The position numbers and the translations under genes are program-made. From contig CASFHZ010000005.1 of NCBI GenBank assembly GCA_949294585.1, forward strand, positions 1 through 42,210: a stretch of DNA of 42,210 bases, in the 5' to 3' direction. The DNA comes from an uncultured Christensenella sp. Its GTDB lineage: Bacteria > Bacillota > Clostridia > Christensenellales > UBA1242. The notes beneath the pieces are model-generated. The model was given only the letters and a program-made list of their open reading frames with translations, was not told the origin of the DNA and made no database searches. Below are positions 1-9,087 of the stretch, piece by piece (position 1 is the first letter of the stretch; every line of letters begins with the position of its first letter).

Positions 1-23
1 GCTGTCAATTGCTGTCATACTTT

Positions 24-253
24 TTATCCACAATACATGTATGAAGGGTTATTAATTTTACTCCATAATTCTTTTAATAAAATGCCACCAATATTGGCTC
101 TACTTTCAAAATCTTGTCTGGTTTTATATTCTTGTTGCATATCTTTTGAACAAAATACAATATCACAATCTTCATTACTTTCTGAATTTTTATTGATTCT
201 TAAAAACACCTCTCCACAAACATCACATTTTGATTGTATATTTTCTCTTTCAT
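24..253 (-). pseudogene. Frameshifted short paralog of the neighbouring CPCC-type Cys-rich protein
   Basis: The minus frame ending at 24 stays open upstream to 254. It encodes KCDVCGEVFLRI...FESRANIGGILLKELWSKINNPSYM, which aligns to both ends of the 151-aa neighbour (KCDVCGRTLLARI...FIQNAKIGDELVKDIWDKVENPKYM). The only ATG (253..251, MKEKIYNQ) is in another frame. One extra A in the A4 run (plus-strand T4 at 228-231) would join the two frames. Confidence 0.45.
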
Positions 254-304
254 TTTACTCGTTTTTATCCGTTTAATTTGTATTAATAGTGAGTATTAAA
301 AATA

Positions 305-760
305 CTACATATACTTAGGATTTTCAACCTTATCCCAAATATCTTTTACAAGTTCATCACCTATTTTTGCATTTTGAATGAAATCTTCTTTGTCTAAAAA
401 GAAATATACATTTTCTGGACTCCAACCAAATTCGATTTTTTTATTCGTATTGCTTCTTAGATACAAGCAACAATTTAACCCCTTATACCAAAACTCCATT
501 TCACTATAAAAATATAGTCCGTCAAGAAAATCATTTAAATCTGGTCTAAATGGTTTTCCTTCTTGATATAATATCTTTGCCTTATTTAATGATATTAAAT
601 TAGGGAAAATTACTTCGTTCTCGTTTATTTCTCCCAGTCTATTGTTGTACCAACCGCAATATTGACACTCTCCGTTTCCAGTTATTCTGGCAAGTAAAGT
701 TCTGCCACAAACATCACATTTTTTTTCAAAAATTTTATCATATTGATTATTTTTCATCAT
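305..760 (-). CDS. Small Cys-rich protein with a CPCC-like zinc-ribbon N-terminus; possible immunity-type protein
   Basis: An AAAGGAG SD lies just upstream of ATGATG. A four-Cys motif CDVCG-x14-CQYCGW is followed by N..SLnkAk, as I recall for the Cys_rich_CPCC family. The gap to the upstream ORF is 9 nt. Confidence 0.6.
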   Translation of the reverse strand: MMKNNQYDKIFEKKCDVCGRTLLARITGNGECQYCGWYNNRLGEINENEVIFPNLISLNKAKILYQEGKPFRPDLNDFLDGLYFYSEMEFWYKGLNCCLYLRSNTNKKIEFGWSPENVYFFLDKEDFIQNAKIGDELVKDIWDKVENPKYM

Positions 761-769
761 TTCTCCTTT

Positions 770-1087
770 TTAACAATAATTTATGTTTGTTTTTTCACCA
801 TTTGGGCCTACATATTCAAGTCTAGGAGGATGTTCGCTATTTTTCTCCCAATCCCAATAGTGGTCGTGGGGAAAAGTGTGGGTATTGTTTGAATCGTTGT
901 GTTTCCAATCTCTATCCCAAATAGCTTTACCTTCTGCATCATACCATCTTTGTTGTAATAATTCCCCAGTCATTTCATCATAATAATCAGTTCTAGAATT
1001 TGGAACACATCCTTCAATCTCTTTTATATTTTGCCCAAAGGGACCATAAACTTTATTCACTCCACCACTTGGTTTACACATTCCCAT
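770..1087 (-). CDS. 105-aa hypothetical protein, toxin-like (one YD-repeat-like motif and a His/Trp-rich tail)
   Basis: The ATG overlaps the HNH stop (TAATG at 1085-1089), which suggests translational coupling. Motifs are RWYDAEGKAIWDRD and HTFPHDHYWDW. I recognise no family. Confidence 0.5.
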   Translation of the reverse strand: MGMCKPSGGVNKVYGPFGQNIKEIEGCVPNSRTDYYDEMTGELLQQRWYDAEGKAIWDRDWKHNDSNNTHTFPHDHYWDWEKNSEHPPRLEYVGPNGEKTNINYC

Positions 1088-1914
1088 TATAACACCTCCT
1101 GAGGCGAAAGTCCAAATGCTTTAGACTTCGTTTGTCCGTTATCACCTAATAATATAAAATAAATTTCTTTCTCTTCTAAATTTTCAACCTTTAGGGTTGT
1201 AACAAATTCTCCGATGACATTGTATTTTGTTTTTATTTTAATACCATCTAAAACCCAAATTATTTTATTTGCGAACAACGAAGATACTGTAATTATACCT
1301 TGATAATTATCCACATCTATATAATTAATTTTAGGAGCACCAATTAAGTTTTTATTTGTTCTTTTTATATCAAATAATTTTTTTATTTCGTTATAACTAA
1401 GAATATTCAAATCAACATCTTGATATGGATTCTCAATAAAAGGAATATTTTTCTCTTTTATTGTGGCGTTTTCAAGACCAAAATTTGTCAAATCTGCCTT
1501 TATTTTCCATCTGTAAATTTTATTCTGTTCTTCAAAATCCATTTGCGCTTTCATTAAATGCGCGGCATAATCTAATTCGCTACACTTGTTTACATTTATA
1601 AAATGATTTTTAACTTCTTCTTCATAGCCCATTCTTTGAGAATTTCTAATATGTTTCACTCCGTGACATTTACTACACAATGCAATGATATCAAGTAATG
1701 ATTGAGTTTTTGTTTTTATATCAAAATCCCAAACTTCGTGAGCATCTAAATCATCTGTTACAAATCCACAAATTTGACATCTGTGATTTGCTCTTTTGTA
1801 ACAAAAATTTCTGACAATATCCCACTCTTTTTTAGGCAATGTTTTACTAAAGTCATTATTCCAAGCATCTTTTGGTAGCAATTCTACTGTAAGTTTTAAA
1901 GTTTTCGTTATCAC
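1087..1914 (-). CDS. HNH endonuclease domain protein with an unrecognised ~180-aa C-terminal region
   Basis: CQICG..LDAHEVWDFD...ALCSKCHGVKH is a CxxC/His/CxxCH HNH motif in the first ~95 aa. The start is uncertain: the only start is a GTG embedded in AGGAGGTG, and the frame continues from the upstream ORF across a single TAG. Confidence 0.65.
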   Translation of the reverse strand: MITKTLKLTVELLPKDAWNNDFSKTLPKKEWDIVRNFCYKRANHRCQICGFVTDDLDAHEVWDFDIKTKTQSLLDIIALCSKCHGVKHIRNSQRMGYEEEVKNHFINVNKCSELDYAAHLMKAQMDFEEQNKIYRWKIKADLTNFGLENATIKEKNIPFIENPYQDVDLNILSYNEIKKLFDIKRTNKNLIGAPKINYIDVDNYQGIITVSSLFANKIIWVLDGIKIKTKYNVIGEFVTTLKVENLEEKEIYFILLGDNGQTKSKAFGLSPQEVL

Positions 1915-1917
1915 CTC

Positions 1918-2526
1918 CTAAATTTCAGGGTATAGTTCACCTGCCAAATATTTCTTTGTAAATTCGACAATTCCCATCTTCTTTATTAGTTCTTCTTTAT
2001 TAAAAGGATCAATTGCTTTTATTTTACCTTTCATTTCAGAGAACGGAGTACCATAACAAATAATCGCAGAAGGTTCTATAATTTCTAGCATTTTATTATA
2101 ACCTAGCATAAAATCATCTTTATTATCTTCTCTTGTGTAAGTTGAGACTGCTACAACCGAGCCTCTTTCAATTCCATCAAAGCAAAACTCCAAACATGGG
2201 ATTGATCCCCAAGAGATTGTTGGAATAACAATCATTCCCTGTTTTTGCCAAAATGCACCACACCATCTATTTTTAAATACGCTATCTATTTGTCTCGCTA
2301 GTGGCATGTCTTTATATGTACTAAATTCTGGTGTAAGTAAAGCATAATATTGGTCTAGTTTTTCAAGCGATTCCTCTGGTTTTTCATATACACTTTGAAA
2401 ATTCCAATCATATGTAAAAAAATGAATTGTTTTGTTTTGATTTTCTTCATCATTATGTTTTGTTTTTGTAAAAGCCAACAATTCAATTTTATCTAAATTA
2501 ATATTTTGTCTTTTTATTAATGGCAT
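1918..2526 (-). CDS. DUF4417-like protein
   Basis: HFFTYDWNF ... LLTPEFSTYKDMPLARQIDSVFKNRWCGAFWQKQGMIVIPTISW matches my memory of the DUF4417 family, which is associated with phages and plasmids. The gene ends in TAG, a stop that is rare in this window. Confidence 0.6.
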   Translation of the reverse strand: MPLIKRQNINLDKIELLAFTKTKHNDEENQNKTIHFFTYDWNFQSVYEKPEESLEKLDQYYALLTPEFSTYKDMPLARQIDSVFKNRWCGAFWQKQGMIVIPTISWGSIPCLEFCFDGIERGSVVAVSTYTREDNKDDFMLGYNKMLEIIEPSAIICYGTPFSEMKGKIKAIDPFNKEELIKKMGIVEFTKKYLAGELYPEI

Positions 2527-2648
2527 TCCATATTTGCCAACTCCTTTAAATTCATTTCTTACAAGTTTTTGTTTTTTTTTAGTTTTTCTTCTTGGTATTC
2601 ATTTTTTAAATTTAATTGATTTTCCATATATTACTCCTTTTAAAATGC

Positions 2649-2683
2649 AAAGGTTGAAGAACATTACGTTTCTTCAACCTTTT
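2649..2683 (-). terminator. 13-bp stem hairpin downstream of the recombinase fragment
   Basis: aaaggttgaagaa (2649-2661) pairs with ttcttcaaccttt (2670-2682) around an 8-nt loop. The U-tail on the minus strand is weak. Confidence 0.4.
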
Positions 2684-2736
2684 ACTTGAATTATATCATA
2701 CGATTTTCATCAAATTCAACATTTACTGCCATTTGT

Positions 2737-3276
2737 TTACATTTCAAAATCTTTTTCTTTTATCAAGCGTTTACGTTCTTGCAATTTTTCAAGTTCACGA
2801 ATTTGGCGTTCAATTTCTTCATCAGATAAGTCATCATCAACTTCTTCTTCAATTTCTCGCTCTTGTTCATGCTCTTGAATTTTTGTGTTTAATCTATCGG
2901 TCGCTTCTCTTACATATTCGCTATTAACAGAGTTGTAAACAGTAATTGTGGTTTTTACGTCACGATGACCAAGCAGTTGTTGGATTACTTTTGGGTTTTC
3001 ATTCATTTCAAAAAGCATATTTGAAAATGTATGTCTTAGTCCATGAAAATGAATATTATATTTGTCAAGATTATGTCTTCTCTTAAATCTATCAAACACC
3101 ATTCTACAACCTGAATATGTTCTAACACTTCCATCATCATTAGAAAAAACATATGATGTTGGATCTGTCAAATCTGCGGTTACATTTTTATTAGTCTTTT
3201 CTCTATTATTTTGTTTTTCTTTCCAAGTTTGCAAAGTATCAACAACAATGTCTGTAATTGGGATTACTCTAACACT
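2737..3276 (-). pseudogene. Tyrosine recombinase (phage integrase family), C-terminal catalytic fragment only
   Basis: It retains SVRVIPITD, HFHGLRHTF (HxxR) and LLGHRDVKTTITVYNSV (the catalytic Tyr region), plus an acidic coiled-coil tail. The frame is closed by TGA at 3277-3279, with a TAA further upstream. The N-terminal domain and the first catalytic Arg box are absent. Confidence 0.75.
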
Positions 3277-3534
3277 TCAAATGATTTTTACATCTATCAT
3301 AACTTTAATTTTATTTTTAATATTTTTAATTTAAGAAATTCCATAATTTCTCGCTCAATCTTAAGAGTTTTATTTTTAAAATTCATATTTTATATTTAAA
3401 TACAAAGGTTTCTGAAAATTCTTAAATTTACTGACATTAAATTATACAATAAAAAATTTTAGCGACGTTAAAGTAACCTTTGCTAATTTTGTTTTAAACA
3501 ATACAAATGTGATATATAATTTGCAAATCACATT

Positions 3535-3570
3535 TTTTAAAAAATCAGACTGTAGTTTTCTACAGTCTGA
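3535..3570 (-). terminator. Rho-independent terminator of the 1689-aa lipoprotein gene
   Basis: A perfect 11-bp stem, tcagactgtag (3545-3555) pairing with ctacagtctga (3560-3570), has a 4-nt loop and is followed on the minus strand by a T-run. A second 9-bp hairpin (aaatgtgat/atcacattt) lies at about 3505-3535. Confidence 0.75.
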
Positions 3571-3618
3571 GAGAAATTAATTATTGTTTACATTTTTAAT
3601 TTTTTAATTATATCACAT

Positions 3619-6600
3619 TTAAGCTATTAAAATAAATGTAACCGGAACAATCAATTCCATTAGAGTTTCTAGTGTTGCGCCCTCAGAGCAAACATATATC
3701 GTTGCAACATATTGCCCACTACCATTATCTGCAAAATTGAGTATAAGAGTTGAAGTCATATTATCTTCGCTTGGTCCTATTAATTCAGGCATATCTTGCC
3801 CTTCTGGTATATTAGTAAAATACTGATAACTATAATCTTCAAATGTTGATGACCAATTAACAGTTGCACTAACAGAAGTTTCTGCTTCTGCCATTCCAAG
3901 TTCTTCTCTTGTTACTTCAACACTTGGTCCACTTTCTCCAATAATGAAGTCCCCTAAATCAACAACACCTGTTCCAATTTGTTTTAAGTTGACTTTTAAA
4001 CTTATTTGTTTGTCATTTTCATTTATTACATCGTTGTTGTCTGTATCAAAACTGAATGTCATAGGATATGGTGGACGATTTTCAAATATAAAATATACTG
4101 CATAATATACATTTTCAATTTTTGCATATACCAACACATATTTAGCGCCAATAATTTCAGTTATTGAGCCATCTAAATCAATCATTATATCTAAAACAAC
4201 ATTATTAAGGTTTGTTATAGGCGTTTCTTTATCAGAATAATAAAGCATATTTTCATAAACAGAATTACCTGAAATCGTAACTTGTGTTAAATCACCTAAA
4301 TCTTTTTCCCCAAAATAACCTATAAAGTAAGGTCCTGTCAATGGATCATATTTCATCTTCATATTGCCTAGTAGTCCATTATTTGAATATTCAAGATAAA
4401 GTCTTTCACCTTCATAGAAAGCTTCAAACATTAAGCTTTCATAGTCTTGAACTATAATATTTATAGATCTTGTTGCAGTGTTGTCTGATGAAAATATTTT
4501 TACTGTATAAGTTCCAATTGAATTTAACGCAAAATTGTCTCTATCAACAATTTCGCCATTGAAATAATACTCAATTCTTGCATTTTCATCTTCTAAAATT
4601 ATATCTAAATCACCAAAGACATTAACTTTTTCTATTGTATAAGAATTATTAACAAGCAAATTAGTTATATCTAGTTCTGTTTTTGCATCTGAGAATATTA
4701 TTTGCGCATTTGTATTGTTTGAAATTGTTCCATATGTTTTGATATAGGCTCTAAATGTTTTGTTTTGTCCGTCAACAGAAATCACATATTCAAGCCAACA
4801 TACTGTTTTATCTTCTGAAAATTTTATTTCTTTTGAAACAATTGGATATATAGCATCGATTACAATATCATTTTCTTCGACAAATGCTATATCTGATAAA
4901 TTATATTCACCATTTGAAAATTGTAAATTATAATCAAAACTAACTTGATAAGAATTTTCCCATATATCAGTATAATTTATTGTAATACTACTTACATAAT
5001 CTGTTGGATTGTCTTCCTGTAAGACATATTCAACTATTAAGTCAAAAGTATAATTATAAGTTTTTTGATTTGCAATAAAACTATAAACAACTTTAACAGT
5101 TTGTTGTCCTTCAACCAATGTTACTATATTAGAACCGTTAAATGTTGTACTTTGATTAGTATAGTATTCTGTATCGGTTAAATTTGGAACTATTAATTGA
5201 CTATTATTTGTAACAATTGAAGCCACATTTGCATCACCTATATATTGAATGCCATCAATTAAATTATTGAATTGATACTTAACTTTAAATAAGAATGAAT
5301 ATATTTCAGTATTATCAGAATAAATTTTAATAGTATATGTTGTATTTTTTATAGTCGTGAAATCATCAATTTCAAGTCCGTTTTCATCAAAAATTTTATA
5401 TGTGCAACCAGTATAACCCTCTTTATAGGTTAGATTTAAACTATTAATAACCCCATAACTAGTTATGCTTATTTCGTCATTGTAAATCTCAGATTGTGGA
5501 TAATCTATATCATTTTGTTGATAAACTTGCATTGATACCATTTCAACAGGGCAAAAGCTCATAAAATTAATTGTTAGAACTTGCAAATAATCGTTATTTT
5601 TATATAGATATATATAAATATAGTAATTTTCTTCATTTTCATCTATTGAAAATTCAAATGTTGATTGTGTAATTTCAATCATTGAAGAATCGTTTTCATA
5701 ATACAAATCATATTCATTCAACAAATCTGCATCAATTGAAATAACAAAATTGTTTTCACCTAAATCTCTACTATATTCTACATAGGTTGTTGATGATGTA
5801 TTAACCATTTTGTTATTAATTTCAATATTATCAAAAAATATTACATTTAAAGATATCGAATTTATATAACTTTGTGTATATTTATCTCTAATGTTCAAAT
5901 AAAAATTATTAATTTCCTCAAATGTAAATGTCTGTTGACCTGTTAATACATTGTCTTGACCATTATTATTAATGACAACTTCGATTACATTTACAAATTC
6001 TTCATTTATAGTGAAAGTTAATGAACTGCCCAAATGTATTAAATTCATTTGCAATAATTCTTCATAACTCACACTTGTTCCGTCAATTGCAATATTTGTT
6101 AATACATTTTTTCTGCACTTAACGTTAATGGTATCAAAAATTTCATGTGTTGATGTATAAATAGTAACTTGAATATCATCTTTTACTTCATAAGGAAAAG
6201 AATAGTCTGCGTAAAATCCTGTATAATTAGATTTAAAGTTAATTGATAATGTATCACCATATTTTACGACAGGATTAGCAATAAAGTCTTCATACGAAAG
6301 TGTTTGAGAACCAACTGTTACACTTTCTACCGGTTTTATTACGCACAAAACTTCAATGGTTTTATAAACTCTTGTATCTAATAATTGATATGTCATCGTT
6401 ACAGTTGTATCGTTAGTAACTGTAAAATTATTTTGACTAAAATTAAATGTATCTAAATATTCTGTTTTTAAATTAAATGTTAAATTTTTGCCGTATTCAA
6501 CTTCTGGGTTTGCGACAAACTCATCAAAAGTCATCGCTACTTCACCCACCATAACATTTTTAAAAATGTCGTGATTTACAGTTATTGTTTTTGTGTAAAC

Positions 6601-8688
6601 AACTTCCCCACTTTGTGTGATTTCGATTACATAAGTAAGGTGTGATGGGCTAACTGTTAAGTTGCTGTAACGTCCTTCGTTAGTTCCTTTTGACCATACT
6701 TTATTGCCACTTTCGTTTAAATACTCATAGTCTAAACTATAATTATATCCTTCGCTGATAGAAACTTGCCATTTGTCACCAATATTTACTTGTGTACGAG
6801 CTTCAAATTCGCTTGCAGAAAGGGCTTTATCATTCAATGTCATAATTAAAGGACTGTCAATAATGCTCCAATTTAATGTAATATCATCAGTTTCTTGTGT
6901 AGTGTTAAAAGCATCTTGCCAGCCATAATTTGTTTTATCTTTTAGTGTAAATGTGATAGTGTAATTGCCGATGTCTGTTTTTGTTAAATCGCCAGACATT
7001 TGAATTATACTTTCATCAATTTCTTCAACCAATTCTGGTGTAAAAGCAGTCCCTGTATAAATAAAACTATTTCTAACTAATTCTGGGTCACTAATATAAT
7101 TTCTTGAAATATAAAATTGTTTATATTCAGTTTCTTGTGCTACCCAATTATCATTGCCAACAGAAAAACCTTTTACATAGTAAGTTCCAACATATGTAGG
7201 TTTAGGAATTTCCTCTTTCTCACTATTATAATATTTATAAGTCATTTCCCCATATAGTGCTGACACTCCGCTAGGTTCGCCAAGTGTATCACCATATGTT
7301 ATACCCTCTAAAACTAATTCTCCACTTATTGTGTTTTCTGCTTTTTCGATTTTCCATTGTAATTCTTGTGGTTCACCATCAAGATAATAATTGACATCAT
7401 CATATTCAAACTCAACACCTGCTGTATAAGTTCCAGCATCTGTTGCAGATCTTGTTCCTGTATAATTTTTAACAGTTACCCCTTCAGGAAGATTTACAAT
7501 AGAAACTGTTTTTTCTTGTCCGTCATAAGTAAATGGTTCGTAAGTGTTATAATCCCAACTTGTGCCACTAAAATAAAGTGGAACTTTTTCAATTTCCCAT
7601 TCAATCACAACATTATTTGTGCTTTCATCATTCCATTCGTAGTTGGTTGTATTAATTAAGGCAAAAGTCACAGAATATTGACCTGCATTGGTAGCGGTCG
7701 CATTTCCACTAACGGTAAAAAGAACATCTTTATCTTGCGCGTTATAATTTACACCTGTTTGCTTTTGACCGCTGTAGAATAATCTACTGCTTACTTTACT
7801 AGGTTTGTTTACTTGTTGTTTGTTTATTGTCCAATTTATAGTTTTATTAAAGTTTATGTTAATCAATTCATAGTTTGTTGTATTATAATTTAGTGTTGCA
7901 GTTGCGTTGTATGTTCCTGCACCTATTTTCTTGTTATTTTCATAACTAACCTCAACACCTGCTGGCAAATTGGTAAGTTTTACTTCTTTTTCGTTTCCAT
8001 CATAAGTAAATGGCTGTGTGACAGAATAATCCCATCTAACACCCCACATATCAATTTGTGCTTTGTTTATCGTCCATTGTTGAGTTAAAACTAAATGTTC
8101 ATCATTTGTTATATTGTAATTATTCTCATCATATTCGATTATTGCAGTTGCATTGTATGTTCCAGCGTTTGTTGCAGTGTTATTCTCATAACCAACCTCA
8201 ACACCTGCTGGCAAATTGGTAAGTTTTACTTCTTTTTTTTCTTCGTCATAGGTAAATGGTTCGTAATAATCCCAACCAACATAAGAAAAATCAATATTAG
8301 CTTTATGAATAACAAGGATTAAGTCTTTGTTGAAATTCTTATAAGTTAAAGTAAGATTATAACCCTGCTCATTTGCATTCAAGTTTTGTGGCAGCCCAGA
8401 AATTGCAAAGCCACCATCACCATAAATCAAACTATTAGTAGTTTCATTACTGTAATTCACTACTACAGATAGTTTACTATTAATCATTTCTGAAATATCT
8501 GTATAAACACCATAACAAATATCAATGGTGTTGAATTGTTCATTTACTTCAGTTCCATCGATATAAACAGATATTCCTGTTTCTGTAACTTCTGGCGGAT
8601 TATTTTTACCCCCGCACGCACTTAAAAGAAATGCCGCCGGCAAAATAATTGCAAAAGCCATAACTAACATTAAAAATTTCTTTTTCAT
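3619..8688 (-). CDS. Large surface lipoprotein / putative adhesin with MBG-type and other tandem repeats
   Basis: There is a GGAGGG SD, a signal peptide and a lipobox (FLLSAC|GG). Six ~80-aa repeats share the consensus FTYDG.EK.V....LP.GV.V.Y....ATNAGTY.A......NY........W.I.K, which I recall as the MBG-type adhesin repeat. Further beta-rich repeat modules follow. Confidence 0.85.
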   Translation of the reverse strand: MKKKFLMLVMAFAIILPAAFLLSACGGKNNPPEVTETGISVYIDGTEVNEQFNTIDICYGVYTDISEMINSKLSVVVNYSNETTNSLIYGDGGFAISGLPQNLNANEQGYNLTLTYKNFNKDLILVIHKANIDFSYVGWDYYEPFTYDEEKKEVKLTNLPAGVEVGYENNTATNAGTYNATAIIEYDENNYNITNDEHLVLTQQWTINKAQIDMWGVRWDYSVTQPFTYDGNEKEVKLTNLPAGVEVSYENNKKIGAGTYNATATLNYNTTNYELININFNKTINWTINKQQVNKPSKVSSRLFYSGQKQTGVNYNAQDKDVLFTVSGNATATNAGQYSVTFALINTTNYEWNDESTNNVVIEWEIEKVPLYFSGTSWDYNTYEPFTYDGQEKTVSIVNLPEGVTVKNYTGTRSATDAGTYTAGVEFEYDDVNYYLDGEPQELQWKIEKAENTISGELVLEGITYGDTLGEPSGVSALYGEMTYKYYNSEKEEIPKPTYVGTYYVKGFSVGNDNWVAQETEYKQFYISRNYISDPELVRNSFIYTGTAFTPELVEEIDESIIQMSGDLTKTDIGNYTITFTLKDKTNYGWQDAFNTTQETDDITLNWSIIDSPLIMTLNDKALSASEFEARTQVNIGDKWQVSISEGYNYSLDYEYLNESGNKVWSKGTNEGRYSNLTVSPSHLTYVIEITQSGEVVYTKTITVNHDIFKNVMVGEVAMTFDEFVANPEVEYGKNLTFNLKTEYLDTFNFSQNNFTVTNDTTVTMTYQLLDTRVYKTIEVLCVIKPVESVTVGSQTLSYEDFIANPVVKYGDTLSINFKSNYTGFYADYSFPYEVKDDIQVTIYTSTHEIFDTINVKCRKNVLTNIAIDGTSVSYEELLQMNLIHLGSSLTFTINEEFVNVIEVVINNNGQDNVLTGQQTFTFEEINNFYLNIRDKYTQSYINSISLNVIFFDNIEINNKMVNTSSTTYVEYSRDLGENNFVISIDADLLNEYDLYYENDSSMIEITQSTFEFSIDENEENYYIYIYLYKNNDYLQVLTINFMSFCPVEMVSMQVYQQNDIDYPQSEIYNDEISITSYGVINSLNLTYKEGYTGCTYKIFDENGLEIDDFTTIKNTTYTIKIYSDNTEIYSFLFKVKYQFNNLIDGIQYIGDANVASIVTNNSQLIVPNLTDTEYYTNQSTTFNGSNIVTLVEGQQTVKVVYSFIANQKTYNYTFDLIVEYVLQEDNPTDYVSSITINYTDIWENSYQVSFDYNLQFSNGEYNLSDIAFVEENDIVIDAIYPIVSKEIKFSEDKTVCWLEYVISVDGQNKTFRAYIKTYGTISNNTNAQIIFSDAKTELDITNLLVNNSYTIEKVNVFGDLDIILEDENARIEYYFNGEIVDRDNFALNSIGTYTVKIFSSDNTATRSINIIVQDYESLMFEAFYEGERLYLEYSNNGLLGNMKMKYDPLTGPYFIGYFGEKDLGDLTQVTISGNSVYENMLYYSDKETPITNLNNVVLDIMIDLDGSITEIIGAKYVLVYAKIENVYYAVYFIFENRPPYPMTFSFDTDNNDVINENDKQISLKVNLKQIGTGVVDLGDFIIGESGPSVEVTREELGMAEAETSVSATVNWSSTFEDYSYQYFTNIPEGQDMPELIGPSEDNMTSTLILNFADNGSGQYVATIYVCSEGATLETLMELIVPVTFILIA
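7948..8237 (-). repeat. Intragenic direct repeat: identical 44-nt cores 246 nt apart
   Basis: aacctcaacacctgctggcaaattggtaagttttacttcttttt occurs at 7948-7991 and again at 8194-8237, exactly 82 codons apart. The copies lie in adjacent MBG-type repeat units. Confidence 0.85.
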
Positions 8689-9087
8689 AATTCCCTCCCT
8701 GTGTTATACGCAAGTTGGTCTGATAGAAATAAAGAATGTATAACTAATAATAGTATATACAAGAAAACATAAAAAATCAATCAAATTTAATATATAGAAT
8801 TCATTAAAGTTACTTTCTCTTTAAATCTCATATCAAATTTAATATTTTGCCATTTTTATAATAATCGTCGTTCTCATTTTATTTTAATGACAAATTAAAT
8901 TATTTTAACTTTTTTAAATGCAATTCCTAAATAGGTATATAATTTACTATTTGAAAACTTTATCATAATATTTTATCAAACCATACAAATTTACTGATAT
9001 TAATACATAAATAAGCTAACCAATCATTATTTTTTTGTTTTAATTTTCTCCTATTATTTTTTTAAAATTTATGATATTATTTTTAGT

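Noticed and set aside
2559-2627. A 22-aa minus-strand ORF (MENQLNLKNEYQEEKLKKNKNL) with a strong AAGGAG SD at 7-nt spacing, upstream of the DUF4417-like gene.
   Set aside because: It is too short and low in complexity to call from sequence alone. It may be a leader peptide or a real micro-protein, which needs ribosome profiling or conservation data.
3235-3420. An in-frame TGA (3277-3279) directly upstream of the integrase fragment could mean TGA=Trp recoding (...KIIWSVRVIPITD).
   Set aside because: The same frame hits a TAA and another TGA a few codons further up. No integrase N-terminal domain sequence appears in any frame. The rest of the window encodes Trp only with TGG and has full-length genes under the standard code. 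Truncation is the simpler reading.
7366-8322. Plus-strand ORFs of 75-97 aa inside the giant lipoprotein gene. Similar antisense ORFs occur at 12345-12791, 17870-18094, 19556-19744, 31395-32283, 33861-34697 and 37316-38546.
   Set aside because: All lie antisense within long, well-supported genes. They lack SD sites and have the low-complexity F/I/L/C/S-rich composition expected from reverse-reading AT-rich coding DNA.
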